A program made the translations under genes and the position numbers. Below, piece by piece: positions 7,517-17,027 of a stretch of 64,000 nt of DNA. The notes under the pieces were generated by a model. The model saw nothing but the letters and a program-made list of their open reading frames with translations, did no database searches and was not told the DNA's origin. Position 1 is the stretch's first letter. Every line of letters starts with the position of its first letter. Origin of the DNA: Alphaproteobacteria bacterium (lineage in GTDB: Bacteria; Pseudomonadota; Alphaproteobacteria; Micavibrionales; UBA2020); contig SCTB01000123.1 in the NCBI GenBank assembly GCA_004297545.1, forward strand, positions 20,630 through 84,629, read 5' to 3'.

Positions 7517-9805
7517 CTAAGTCCCGCTCTTGTCCTTCGCCTCGGGCGGAGGATTGTTCTGCGCCTGCGCCTTCTGGCGCGGCTTGCGGTCGGTGTGGGG
7601 GTTGTAGCGCTTGGATTTTTTCGCTTCGGCGAGGCGCGGGTTGTGTTCCGCCGTGCCGCGGCCCGAATAGCTCGGGTACTTCATGAAGAAGTCCTGCGCC
7701 GACATCAGCTTGCCGCTCGCCTTGATGCGCTTGTAGGCGCCGTCTTCCTGCAGTTCCCAGCTCTGGCTGTCGTCGAGCAGGTTCGCCATCATGATCTGGT
7801 CGAGCACCTGTTCGTGCACGGTCGGGTTCTTGATTTCGACCATGACCTCGACGCGCGTGTCGAGGTTGCGGCCCATCCAGTCGGCGGAGGCGATATAGAC
7901 TTTCGCCCCGCTGTGCGGCAGGTCTCCGCCGTTCGCGAAGCAGAAGATGCGCGAATGTTCGAGGAAGCGGCCCACAATGCTTTTCACGCGGATATTTTCC
8001 GACAATCCCTTCACGCCGGGGCGCAGGCAGCAGATGCCGCGTACGACGAGTTCTATCTTCACGCCCTTTTGCGATGCGTTATAAAGAGCATCCGTAATCT
8101 CGGGATCGACGAGCGAATTCATTTTCGCCCAGATGCCCGCGGGCTTTCCGGCCTCGGCGTTTTTCACTTCCGCGTCGATCAGATCGAGCAACCGGTGGCG
8201 CATGTCGATGGGCGCCATGATGATATTGGTGAATTTGTCGGGCTTGGCATAGCCGGTCAGGTAATTGAACAGCTTGGCCGCGTCCTGCGCGAGTTCGGGG
8301 TCGCAGGTGAGCAGCGAGAGGTCGGTATAGACGCGCGAGGTCACGGGGTTATAGTTACCGGTGCCGAAATGCGCGTAGGAGCGCAGGCCTTCCGGTTCCT
8401 TGCGCGTCACCAGCGTCACCTTGGCGTGCGTCTTCAGGTTGATGATGCCGTAGATCACCTGCACGCCCGAACGCTCGAGGTCGCGGGCCAGCTTGATATT
8501 GGCTTCCTCGTCGAAGCGCGCGCGCAGCTCGACCACGGCGGTCACGGATTTGCCGTTCTCCGCCGCCTCGATCAGCGCCTTGACGACCGGCGAGTTGGAG
8601 CTGGTGCGATAAAGCGTCTGCTTGATCGAAATGACGTTTTCGTCCGACGCCGCCTGGCGGATAAAGGACATCACCACGTCGAAGGATTCATAGGGGTGGT
8701 GGACGACCAGGTCTTTCGCGCGGATAGCCGCGAAAACATCGCCACCGTAATCGTTGACGCGCTCTGGGTAGCGCGGCACCCAGGGCTTGAACTTCAGGTC
8801 CGGGCGCTCGATGGCGGCCAGCTCGTTCAGGTCGGTCAGGCCGATCATGCCGTCCAGCTGGAACACATTGCGGTGCAAAATGCGCAGGGACGACGTCAGG
8901 AACTTGCGCAGCGTGGCCGGCATATGCTTGTTCAGGATAAGCCCGATGACCGAGCCGCGCTTGCGGGATTTGAGCGCCTTTTCGTAGTGGCTCATCAGGT
9001 CTTCGGCTTCGTCGGAAATCGCGATGTCGGAATCGCGCAGCACCTGGAAGAAGCCGGATTCAACCGCGTGATAGCCGGGGAAGAACGAGGGCAGGAAGAT
9101 GTCTAGCACTTCCTCCAGCGCGATCATGCGCGACGCCTGGCCCGAGAGGCGGATGAAACGCGGCAGCTTCGCCGGCAGCAGGATCAGGGCGGTCATGCGC
9201 GCGGCGCCAATTTCGTCTTCCAGCGTATAGATCGCTGTCAGGCTCTTGTTGGGCAGGAAGGGGAACGGATGCGCAGGATCAATCGCAATCGGCGTCAGCG
9301 TCGGGAAGACGTTGGCCAGGAAAAACGTCTCGACCCATTTTTTCTCGATGGGCGTCAGCTCGGACGCGGCCACAAGGTTGATTTTCTCATGGGCGAGCCC
9401 GTGCATGAGGTCGGTCAGGCATTCCTGCTGGTCGTCCATCATCTTGCGGGCGAGCTTCAAAATCTGCGGCAGCTGCTGGGCGGCGGTCTGACCGTCGTCG
9501 CTGACGGCTTCGGCGCCGCGCGTGATCTGGTCGTTGATGCCCGCCACGCGGACCATGAAGAATTCCTCGAGGTTCGAGGCGGAGATGGACAGGAACCGCA
9601 CGCGCTCCAGCAGCGGGTTCGCGGGATTCCTTGCCTCGGCCAGCACGCGCATATTGAAGCGCAGCCAGGAAATTTCGCGGTTGAGATATTTTGTGTGCAG
9701 CTGGTTCGGCTGCTGCTGCGTCAAATCCTGCCCCTGGGCATCCGGCCCGGTGACGACGATATTCGGCAGGTTCCGCGCCGATATGTCTGAAGGAGTTTGT
9801 GACAT
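7517..9805 (-). CDS. ppk: Polyphosphate kinase 1
   Basis: YLNREISWLRFNMRVLAEA, ERVRFLSISASNLEEFFMVRVAG, and two PLD-like HKD-type regions. 762 aa, with extra N- and C-terminal low-complexity extensions. Confidence 0.95.
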   Translation of the reverse strand: MSQTPSDISARNLPNIVVTGPDAQGQDLTQQQPNQLHTKYLNREISWLRFNMRVLAEARNPANPLLERVRFLSISASNLEEFFMVRVAGINDQITRGAEAVSDDGQTAAQQLPQILKLARKMMDDQQECLTDLMHGLAHEKINLVAASELTPIEKKWVETFFLANVFPTLTPIAIDPAHPFPFLPNKSLTAIYTLEDEIGAARMTALILLPAKLPRFIRLSGQASRMIALEEVLDIFLPSFFPGYHAVESGFFQVLRDSDIAISDEAEDLMSHYEKALKSRKRGSVIGLILNKHMPATLRKFLTSSLRILHRNVFQLDGMIGLTDLNELAAIERPDLKFKPWVPRYPERVNDYGGDVFAAIRAKDLVVHHPYESFDVVMSFIRQAASDENVISIKQTLYRTSSNSPVVKALIEAAENGKSVTAVVELRARFDEEANIKLARDLERSGVQVIYGIINLKTHAKVTLVTRKEPEGLRSYAHFGTGNYNPVTSRVYTDLSLLTCDPELAQDAAKLFNYLTGYAKPDKFTNIIMAPIDMRHRLLDLIDAEVKNAEAGKPAGIWAKMNSLVDPEITDALYNASQKGVKIELVVRGICCLRPGVKGLSENIRVKSIVGRFLEHSRIFCFANGGDLPHSGAKVYIASADWMGRNLDTRVEVMVEIKNPTVHEQVLDQIMMANLLDDSQSWELQEDGAYKRIKASGKLMSAQDFFMKYPSYSGRGTAEHNPRLAEAKKSKRYNPHTDRKPRQKAQAQNNPPPEAKDKSGT

Positions 9806-10090
9806 GACTGCCTAAAAAATAACCCTGTTAACCGTAATACGAGTGAATAGTAGCATACCTTTGTCGGAGTCCCGCGAAAAGTAGAACAAACGTACAATTT
9901 GTTGCTTTTTTCAGCGTATAAATTTCAGGGTTACGTGAATAATATATTATTATAATTCAGTAACTTGCTGAAATTACTTAATTGCCATTTTCCGACAAAT
10001 AAAATCTTGCCGCAGCGGCTGGACAGGGTCATGAAAGCACCGTACCTTGGCCAATTATCCACAAACACGTACCCGCCCCGTTCCGCCTCA

Positions 10091-10384
10091 TCAGGCGCGG
10101 AAAAACTTGTCCATTTTGGCGGCCAGCCTGAAATCTTTCTCCGTTACGCCGCCCGCGTCATGCGTGGAGAGCGTGACATCGACGCGGTTGTAGACGTTGA
10201 ACCACTCGGGATGGTGGTTCATCTGCTCCGCCACCATCGCCACGCGCGTCATGAAACCGAAAGCCGCGTTGAAATTTTTGAATTCGAAAGTTTTCTGGAT
10301 CGCCGAACGCCCCTTCACGCGGCTCCAGTCCTTATTTTTTTTCAAAAACGATTCGATGTCTTGACTCTCATTCACTTTAGCCAT
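10091..10384 (-). CDS. Pterin-4-alpha-carbinolamine dehydratase (4a-hydroxytetrahydrobiopterin dehydratase)
   Basis: 97 aa. [44 protein letters not shown] is the PCD/DCoH signature. Confidence 0.85.
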   Translation of the reverse strand: MAKVNESQDIESFLKKNKDWSRVKGRSAIQKTFEFKNFNAAFGFMTRVAMVAEQMNHHPEWFNVYNRVDVTLSTHDAGGVTEKDFRLAAKMDKFFRA

Positions 10385-10467
10385 GGACAGATTCCTTCCG
10401 ATTCGGTATTGTGAGTTTCAGAGTTTAGCTTATCCGTCTCGCTGACGTCCATATCGGGGTCATTCAC

Positions 10468-10902
10468 TTGGAAACCAAGGCGATATTTGTGGGATTCACA
10501 GTCCCTCCCTCGCTCGAAGACATCGAGGAGATCGCTTCCGCCATCATCGATGAGCTGCCCGAAGGGCTGCAGAAGCACACCGGCAAGCTGAAGGTCACGG
10601 TCGAGGATTTTCCCGACGCCTTTATCGAGCAGGAGCTGGAGCTGGAAACGCCGTTTGATCTGCTCGGCTGCTACCAGAGCTCCGGCCCCGTCGCCAAGAA
10701 CACGAAGAAGCAGGACACGATTTACCTGTACCGCCGGCCGATCCTGGATACCTGGGCCGAGACGAACGAAGACATCAACCGGCTCGTGAACCGCATCATC
10801 ATCCATGAGATCGGCACGCACTTCGGCTTTACGCAGGACGATATTGAAATGTACGAGGAGGACATGTTCGGGGCGACGGCCCTGGATAAGAGCGCCGGTT
10901 AG
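10468..10902 (+). CDS. Zincin-like metallopeptidase family protein (DUF1025-like) with atypical metal-binding motif
   Basis: C-terminal IIIHEIGTHFGFTQDDIE matches the family box HE(I/V)GHHFG, but the second His is replaced by Thr. Start uncertain (TTG 10468 or GTG 10489). Confidence 0.55.
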   Translation: METKAIFVGFTVPPSLEDIEEIASAIIDELPEGLQKHTGKLKVTVEDFPDAFIEQELELETPFDLLGCYQSSGPVAKNTKKQDTIYLYRRPILDTWAETNEDINRLVNRIIIHEIGTHFGFTQDDIEMYEEDMFGATALDKSAG

Positions 10903-10936
10903 GGGTTTCTTGGCGTTTGTTGCTCCGTTTATAAGA

Positions 10937-10969
10937 GCCCGGCCTTCAGCACAGGAGGCCGGGCTTTTT
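10937..10969 (+). terminator. Rho-independent terminator
   Basis: gcccggcc-ttcagcacagga-ggccgggc followed by ttttt. Confidence 0.7.
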
Positions 10970-11047
10970 AATTGTGACATTGTTGCCAAAGCAAAATTGA
11001 AAGCATAGTGTAAAGAGGCCCATCTCAAAACTTTCTGGGACGTTATT

Positions 11048-11722
11048 TTGACTGTAAAATTGAGATATTCGATAGCAGCGTTATTGGCTCTACTTCTGCT
11101 GTCTTCAGAAGCATCTGTAGCAGATGAAACGATTTCAGCGAATGAATGCAGCGCTCCTTCATTTAATATGTTTGCCCTTACGCCTATTGATACAATAGTC
11201 GTGATACCGCGTTATGGACCAAATGCTGAACTCTTGCCACATTATCCACTGCAAAAAGCGTCCGCTACAACACATAGGCCAGAGCCCTTCTTTGTTGCCG
11301 TAAAGGAACTTTTTTCAAAGCACCCTGAAATTACCATCCTACCCTTCACTGGAGGCGCCGGGGTGCCGGCTCCCGACGTGACACAGCCTAATGTTCTCAG
11401 CTTGATTTTCGTGTTGTCAGCACGCAAGGAAACAATCGGTAATGAACCCGTTATTGTTGGCTCAGTTTCTGTGCAATTACAAAAGAAGACAGTCGAACCT
11501 GTGCCTTCTCATGGCAGCCCATTCGCCCAGCCCGGCTTACCGTTGTCAGTTGGTACGACGGAAGTATTGACGACTAATGTCGCTCCTATAGCACCCATAA
11601 CATATCCGTTTATTGTCCCCGACAACGTAGAGGAGCTTCAAATAAGAAAATCCGAAGCTGTTAATTCCTTAATCTCTTATCTTCCGGAATATTTTTCGAA
11701 AGTCAGACCGTATAAAAAATAA
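11048..11722 (+). CDS. Secreted hypothetical protein in an AT-richer segment
   Basis: Signal peptide ...SIAALLALLLLSSEASVA/DE. No recognised domain. Composition visibly AT-richer than flanks. TTG start. Confidence 0.5.
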   Translation: MTVKLRYSIAALLALLLLSSEASVADETISANECSAPSFNMFALTPIDTIVVIPRYGPNAELLPHYPLQKASATTHRPEPFFVAVKELFSKHPEITILPFTGGAGVPAPDVTQPNVLSLIFVLSARKETIGNEPVIVGSVSVQLQKKTVEPVPSHGSPFAQPGLPLSVGTTEVLTTNVAPIAPITYPFIVPDNVEELQIRKSEAVNSLISYLPEYFSKVRPYKK

Positions 11723-11859
11723 CGCCTCCATTTTCGTAATAAAATTTATTTCTCCCGCAAATGAAAAGTTCCGTAAATCACCCCTCAGACCATTTGACAC
11801 CGCCCGCCTCCACGCCTAATGATTTGAATCAGGAATTCATTTTTTAGGGGAGTTTCGTC

Positions 11860-12210
11860 ATGAGCATCGGCCAGGTACTGAAAGACACCTTCAACTGGAT
11901 GGCGGAAAAACCCTCGAGCCAGTACACGCTGGGCGGTGAGAAATACTCCGTCAAGTTCAACCGCGCCGCGCGCTTCGTGGAGCGCATCACGACGATCCCC
12001 GCGGTCGTCGCCGGCGTCGGCATCGCCCTGTTTGGCGTTCCGGCGGCCATGGTTGGCGCCGTGCCCTTCGCGGCCAGCGCCTTCGGCGTCGGATTTGCAG
12101 TTGCCGCCTTCGGCAAAGCTTCGGGCATGATCAAGGGCGGCATCACGCACCTGGTCTCGAAAGGCCTTTCCAGCCTCTCGAACCGCCTGTCGCAACCGAA
12201 GCACGCGTAA
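11860..12210 (+). CDS. Hypothetical membrane protein (Gly/Ala-rich TM hairpin)
   Basis: AGGGGAG RBS 7 nt upstream. Two hydrophobic Gly/Ala-rich segments (IPAVVAGVGIALFGVPAAMVGAVPFAASAFGVGFAVAAF). The longer antisense ORF 11785..12540 has shadow-like composition. Confidence 0.5.
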   Translation: MSIGQVLKDTFNWMAEKPSSQYTLGGEKYSVKFNRAARFVERITTIPAVVAGVGIALFGVPAAMVGAVPFAASAFGVGFAVAAFGKASGMIKGGITHLVSKGLSSLSNRLSQPKHA

Positions 12211-12213
12211 CAT

Positions 12214-12507
12214 TTGATTCCGCTGACCGACGACACGAAGTACCGCGTGCGCCGCCTGTTCAGCCACGCCGACCAGCCGCGCGCGGAAAAAATGTTGCTG
12301 GAGACCTGCGGCGATACCCTGCCGCTGGTCAAATCCGATAACTGGGCCATGGCGGAGCGTATCCGCTTTGCCGTGCTGAAACTTTCCAACGGAAATATCG
12401 AGGAACTGGAAAAGCATATCAGGGAAGCGCATATCGACTGGCGCGACGTCCTCGTCGCCGCCGAATTCGCCGAACGCGTCGACGCGCATAAGGAGTGGGA
12501 ACCTTAA
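12214..12507 (+). CDS. Hypothetical cytosolic protein
   Basis: 97-aa ORF with balanced composition (…ERIRFAVLKLSNGNIEELEKHIREAHIDWRDVLVAAEF…). TTG start 4 nt after the upstream stop. Confidence 0.45.
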   Translation: MIPLTDDTKYRVRRLFSHADQPRAEKMLLETCGDTLPLVKSDNWAMAERIRFAVLKLSNGNIEELEKHIREAHIDWRDVLVAAEFAERVDAHKEWEP

Positions 12508-12516
12508 CAAAACGTC

Positions 12517-12620
12517 GTCATGCCCGCCTTGCGCGGGCATCCGGAGCGTGTCTACGCGTCATATGACTCATATGCGCGGCGGACGCCACGCGCCGGATGC
12601 CCGCGCAAGGCGGGGGTGAC
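12517..12620. repeat. Nested-palindrome intergenic element (GTCATGCCCGC...GCGGGCATCCGG type)
   Basis: gtcatgcccgccttgcgcgggcatccgg ... ccggatgcccgcgcaaggcgggggtgac. Inverted arms, each a hairpin. Confidence 0.8.
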
Positions 12621-12633
12621 GGTAAGGTCTGAT

Positions 12634-14994
12634 TTACCGCAGCAACTTCTTCTGCGTCGTGAGCGCAGCCGCGGCATAGAGCGCGAAAGCGAGCAGGTAA
12701 AGAAACGCGAACCCGAACTGCATGGAATTATATTCCAGCAACCCGCCCAGCATCGCGCCCATCAGGTTATAGGCCAAGGCCGACGGCAAATCGTCCGCGT
12801 TCTTGAGCAGCGCGGAGAACACGATGCCGGAGAACAGCATAGGACTGGTCAGCAGCGCCACCATGCCGAGTTTCGAGAAAAACCCGGCATCCCCGATGCC
12901 GCCCAGAAGGGCCACGATATACCCGATCACGACCGCGCAAAGCAGCAGGGCATAAGGGCCCATCACCTTGCGGAACGAATATTTCGACACCAGCACATTG
13001 GCGCAGAAAGCCATGATGAGCACCCCGACGATGGTGATGCCGATGACGTGCCAGGTATTGCCGAACAACAGGCCCAGCTCCGTGATCGCCTTGGTTTCCA
13101 CCAGCATGAAACCGCCGCCAAGAAAGAAGAACGGCAGCAGCGAGCGGTTCCACTTCTGGTCCGGCAGCAGCATGCGCACAAGCAGCACCGCCAGGGCCAT
13201 CACGAGGATGAGCGCCACCACGTAAGACCCCGGATACATCCGCGTCTCCATATAGAAAAACGGCCAGTCGTCGGTCGGGATGTCGATCTGCCCCGCATCC
13301 GCAGCGGCATAAACCTTTGTCGTCTCCGTCAGGTTATGCCCGGTCATGAAATCTTTCGGCAGCTTCACCTCGGCTTTTCTCGCCACCATAAAGGTGGTGA
13401 TATTGCGCAGCATGTCGCTTGCGAAAACCGCGACGGGTCGGCCCGCCCCGGGCAGAGCCTTCAGCATGTGATAGATTTTGACGCCGGTGCGTTCGTTGGG
13501 CAGCGCGAAGGAAAGGCTGAGCAGCCCGCCGGGTTTCAGGCGCTGGTAGGCCTCCTGCAGCCCTTCCTGCGTATACACGAATGAATCCAGCCTGACGTTC
13601 GAGCCATGCGACAAAAGAATATGCGAGTCGAGCACGCCGTAAACCACGGCGTCGTAGCTGTCCGTGGACTTGCGGAAGAAAGTGCGCGCGTCGTCGTTCA
13701 CCGGATGCGCGCGGCTGTTGTCGTAGGGATGCTCCGGATGATTGCCGCGGCCGAGCGCAAGAATGGCGGGGTCGATTTCCACCGCGTCCACCCATTTTGC
13801 GCCCAGGCGCAGCGCCGCCGCCACGTCATTGCCGCTGCCCGCGCCCACGATCACGACGCGGCCGAGCTTCGGCGCGGTCTGGAACGGCAGCTCGTAATAG
13901 CCCACGTATTCTTTTGACGCACCTTTGTCACGGTTCAGGTTGGCGTTCGACAGGTCATAGACGCGCTGGTAATAGCTGCCCGCCGACAATATCTCCATCA
14001 GCCCGTCGGCCTTGGTGGTCTTTTGAATCAGCTGATAAGGCGAATAGATGTTCTGCACCAGCGGATCGACGGGCCAGGCCGTCAGCACCACGCAGGCCAC
14101 GGCCATTAAAATACCCGCGCGCCCGGCTTTACCCGCCGGCAGCAGGAACCAGACCAGCGGCAGGATGCCGAGGCTGAACCAGACGACGGGGCCCATCCAC
14201 AAGGCGCTTAAAATAAACAGCAGCGCGACCCCGGCGATGGATCCGAGCAGGTTGCAGCCGTAAGCGGCCAGCGTCTTCGCGCGCGTCATCACATGGCCGC
14301 AGAACTGCGCCAGCGGGATCATGACCAGCACGTTCAAAACAAATGTCGCGATCAGCAGCAGATAGACCGGCATATGATCGAATATCCACGATACGCTGTT
14401 CGGCGCAGCCGGCGTAAAATTAAAGACCGAGGTTTCTTCCCGCACGGGAACGAAAAACAGCACGTCCCGCGCGCCCGGCGCGGCCGTATAGCGCATGGAG
14501 AGCAGCATCAGGATGGTCGAGGCCAGCAGCGGCAGCGCCGCAGGCAGAAACTGCGGCTTTTTATGTGACAGCGCATAGCCGATACCAAGGCCGCAGAAAC
14601 AGGCGAGCAGCGTGAAATTCTTGTAGAGCGCAAAAACCGGGAACAGGCTGCCCTGCCAGCGGATTAGAACAAGCTCGAGAAACAGCGTGGCGCCGGAAAG
14701 AATAATGATCGCGGCATAAATCTGGCTGGGCTTGGCATCCTTGCCCCAGTTCTGCAGCGGCAGCGCGGCGGCATCGATGATGTCATCCAGCCAGCGCCGG
14801 ATGCGCGGGTAGAGGGAGCTGCCGAGGACATAAACGCCGCCCGCCACGATCAGGCAGAAGAGTATGGCCGAAGCCGTGGGGCTCAGGGCGTTCAGCCAGG
14901 CCGCGCCGCCGAAAATGCCGGGAAGAACGAAGAAAAAAGCCGTCACGATGCAGCAGACGCACATCGCGGCGGCCATTCTTGCGTATGTCATATT
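12634..14994 (-). CDS. Polytopic membrane protein fused to a spermidine-synthase-like (class I SAM-fold) domain
   Basis: Many TM segments at both ends. Central VVIVGAGSGNDVAAALRLGAKWVDAVEIDPAIL...NDDARTFF...YDAVVYGVLDSH matches the spermidine synthase fold. Start set to MTYARMAAA. Confidence 0.75.
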   Translation of the reverse strand, partial: NMTYARMAAAMCVCCIVTAFFFVLPGIFGGAAWLNALSPTASAILFCLIVAGGVYVLGSSLYPRIRRWLDDIIDAAALPLQNWGKDAKPSQIYAAIIILSGATLFLELVLIRWQGSLFPVFALYKNFTLLACFCGLGIGYALSHKKPQFLPAALPLLASTILMLLSMRYTAAPGARDVLFFVPVREETSVFNFTPAAPNSVSWIFDHMPVYLLLIATFVLNVLVMIPLAQFCGHVMTRAKTLAAYGCNLLGSIAGVALLFILSALWMGPVVWFSLGILPLVWFLLPAGKAGRAGILMAVACVVLTAWPVDPLVQNIYSPYQLIQKTTKADGLMEILSAGSYYQRVYDLSNANLNRDKGASKEYVGYYELPFQTAPKLGRVVIVGAGSGNDVAAALRLGAKWVDAVEIDPAILALGRGNHPEHPYDNSRAHPVNDDARTFFRKSTDSYDAVVYGVLDSHILLSHGSNVRLDSFVYTQEGLQEAYQRLKPGGLLSLSFALPNERTGVKIYHMLKALPGAGRPVAVFASDMLRNITTFMVARKAEVKLPKDFMTGHNLTETTKVYAAADAGQIDIPTDDWPFFYMETRMYPGSYVVALILVMALAVLLVRMLLPDQKWNRSLLPFFFLGGGFMLVETKAITELGLLFGNTWHVIGITIVGVLIMAFCANVLVSKYSFRKVMGPYALLLCAVVIGYIVALLGGIGDAGFFSKLGMVALLTSPMLFSGIVFSALLKNADDLPSALAYNLMGAMLGGLLEYNSMQFGFAFLYLLAFALYAAAALTTQKKLLR

Positions 14995-15160
14995 CCCTCC
15001 CCGAAATGGGACGAACCCGGCAGGAATAGTATATACGCGCACTTTAAGCGAACTCAATTCCAAAGGGGCGGTAATTCGTAAAACCCGGGGGCTGAACGGA
15101 GGTCTCCACGCGCATCAGAGGCGGGAGCCCTAACCGGCATGGATATTTAAGAGTACCCTC

Positions 15161-15748
15161 TTACTTCTTCCCGCCCACCGCCAGCGCGATCAGGTCGTCG
15201 ATCATTCTTTCCGGCGTCCCCGCGCCGACCTGGTCGAGCTTGCCGGCGAGCGAAAGCGTGCAGATGCCGTGCACGCTGGCCCATAGGACTTTCGCCAGCC
15301 GCTCGGCTTTTTTCGCGTCGCCGCCGGCATGCGGCAGCATGGCGTCGCCGATAAGCTCGAACATGCGCATCATCCTGGGCATATACCAGTCCGGTATCTT
15401 CTCGCCGGCGGGCAGGCGGTGTTCGAACAGGGCGTTCCAGCGGTTGTAATTTTCCCGCGCGTACTTCAGGTACGACTGCGCGAAATAGCGCGCGCGCTGC
15501 TCGGGGCGCTTCGGTATTCCCGCGGCTTCCTGCTCGTACCATTCATCCAGCGTGCGCGCATTGACGTGTAAAATGAATGTGTCGAGATCGCCGAAGAGGT
15601 GATAGAGGGTGCCCACCGTATAGCCCATCTTCGCCGCGACGGCGCGGGCGCTGAAGGCCTGGAATCCCCTCTCCTGCATGATGTCGTATCCGGCCTGAAT
15701 CGCGATGTTTTTCAGCTCTTCCGGCGTATGTTCCCAGCGGCGGGCCAT
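15161..15748 (-). CDS. TetR-family transcriptional regulator
   Basis: N-terminal HTH: FQAFSARAVAAKMGYTVGTLYHLFGDLD. Confidence 0.85.
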   Translation of the reverse strand: MARRWEHTPEELKNIAIQAGYDIMQERGFQAFSARAVAAKMGYTVGTLYHLFGDLDTFILHVNARTLDEWYEQEAAGIPKRPEQRARYFAQSYLKYARENYNRWNALFEHRLPAGEKIPDWYMPRMMRMFELIGDAMLPHAGGDAKKAERLAKVLWASVHGICTLSLAGKLDQVGAGTPERMIDDLIALAVGGKK

Positions 15749-15774
15749 GGCTTTTTTCTCCGATAATTCAACAT

Positions 15775-15795
15775 TGTATAATTATCAATTGTACA
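15775..15795. promoter_or_regulatory. Imperfect palindrome, candidate TetR operator in the divergent intergenic region
   Basis: tgtataattatcaattgtaca: 16 of 21 positions self-complementary (TGTA-AATT....AATT-TACA). Lies between the tetR start and the membrane operon. Confidence 0.3.
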
Positions 15796-15849
15796 CTGTT
15801 TAATTATATGGTAAGATGAAACTAGGAATCAAGATAAAAAGGGACAATC

Positions 15850-16014
15850 ATGGACAAACCCCGCGACATTCCCTCTGAAGCCCCCTCCAACCCGCCGCCT
15901 GCGCAAGACCCCCTGCCGCAGGCGGCGGGAACCCTGAAAACCAAGGGAGAGGCGCTTCTGAAACTCCTCGAGGAAAAAAGGAGCCTGTCATGGATACAGT
16001 TCGCAACCGACTAG
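15850..16014 (+). CDS. Possible 54-aa leader ORF overlapping the start of the next gene
   Basis: AGGGA 6 nt upstream. MDKPRDIPSEAPSNPPPAQDPLPQAAGTLKTKGEALLKLLEEKRSLSWIQFATD. Overlaps ATG 15990 out of frame. Confidence 0.25.
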   Translation: MDKPRDIPSEAPSNPPPAQDPLPQAAGTLKTKGEALLKLLEEKRSLSWIQFATD

Positions 16015-17027
16015 TACCGCTGGAAGAGATACCGGCCAACCGGCATCTCGTCGAGCAGCTTTATGCATATCGTGAAATATCCCCGAAGGCGCGCAGCTTC
16101 GCCCTGAACATGCTTTATCCCGCGCGCAACTGGGGATTATGGATTGCAAGGCTTCTGACGGCGCTGGGCGTGGCGCTTGTCCTCTCGGGCGTCGTTTACT
16201 TCTATGCCTTCAACTGGGCCGCCATCCCCGATCTGGTCAAGCTCGGCTCGGTCGAATTCGCCCTGGCCGGCTGCATTGCCGCCGCGCTGTTCTTCGGGCT
16301 GAACCGCAATACCGGGAAAATCCTGGCCCTTTCGGCGGCGACGCTGACGGGCGTGTTCCTTGCCGTCTTCGGACAGGTCTACCAGACCGGCGCGGATGCC
16401 TGGACGCTGTTCGGCACCTGGGCCGTGCTGATTACGCCCTGGGCCGTGGCCGCCACCTTCGCCCCGCTCTGGGCGCTGTGGCTTGGAGTCGCGAACATCG
16501 GCATTTGCCTGTTCTGGGATCAGGCCGTGCTGCCCTCGCGCGAAATGGAAGCGCTGATCCTGCCGATCGTGGCCGGTTTCAACGGCGCGGCGCTCGCCGT
16601 CCGCGAAATTCTGGAATCGCGCTATGACTGGCTGCAAAAGCGCTGGACGCGCGTGGCGCCGGCGCTGGCCGTGATCGGCGCCGCGGCGTTTCCCTGCGTT
16701 GCCATGATCGTCGAATGGCGCCATGTGGACCCAGGACTTTTCATCGCCGCGATGGCGGGCGCCGGCATTCTCCTGGCGATGTTCGCCGTCTTCCGCTATA
16801 TCAAGCCCGACATGCCCACGGTCGCCGCCACCGTGCTTGCCGCCTGCGTCATCCTGGAGTTCGGCGTTTTCCGGCTGATGGATCATCATGTCTACGGCCA
16901 AGACTCTTATGTCCTCACTGAATCGCTGCGCCTGCTGCTGCAAAGCGCCTTTACGATTGCGTTGTTCACCGGGGCCGTCATCTGGCTGCGCCTGGAGACG
17001 AAGAAAATGGAGGTCCGCCATGGCTGA
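15990..17027 (+). CDS. DUF2157-like integral membrane protein (first gene of the GDYXXLXY operon)
   Basis: AAGGAG 6 nt upstream. Soluble N-terminus followed by about 9 TM segments. Gene order matches the conserved DUF2157/DUF4401/GDYXXLXY trio. Confidence 0.6.
   Translation: MDTVRNRLVPLEEIPANRHLVEQLYAYREISPKARSFALNMLYPARNWGLWIARLLTALGVALVLSGVVYFYAFNWAAIPDLVKLGSVEFALAGCIAAALFFGLNRNTGKILALSAATLTGVFLAVFGQVYQTGADAWTLFGTWAVLITPWAVAATFAPLWALWLGVANIGICLFWDQAVLPSREMEALILPIVAGFNGAALAVREILESRYDWLQKRWTRVAPALAVIGAAAFPCVAMIVEWRHVDPGLFIAAMAGAGILLAMFAVFRYIKPDMPTVAATVLAACVILEFGVFRLMDHHVYGQDSYVLTESLRLLLQSAFTIALFTGAVIWLRLETKKMEVRHG

Noticed and set aside
9806-10090. Pho-box or other specific regulatory site in the AT-rich ppk1 upstream region
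   Set aside because: There is only a short inverted repeat (aaccctg...cagggtt) and general AT-richness. Nothing matches a consensus I can state with confidence.
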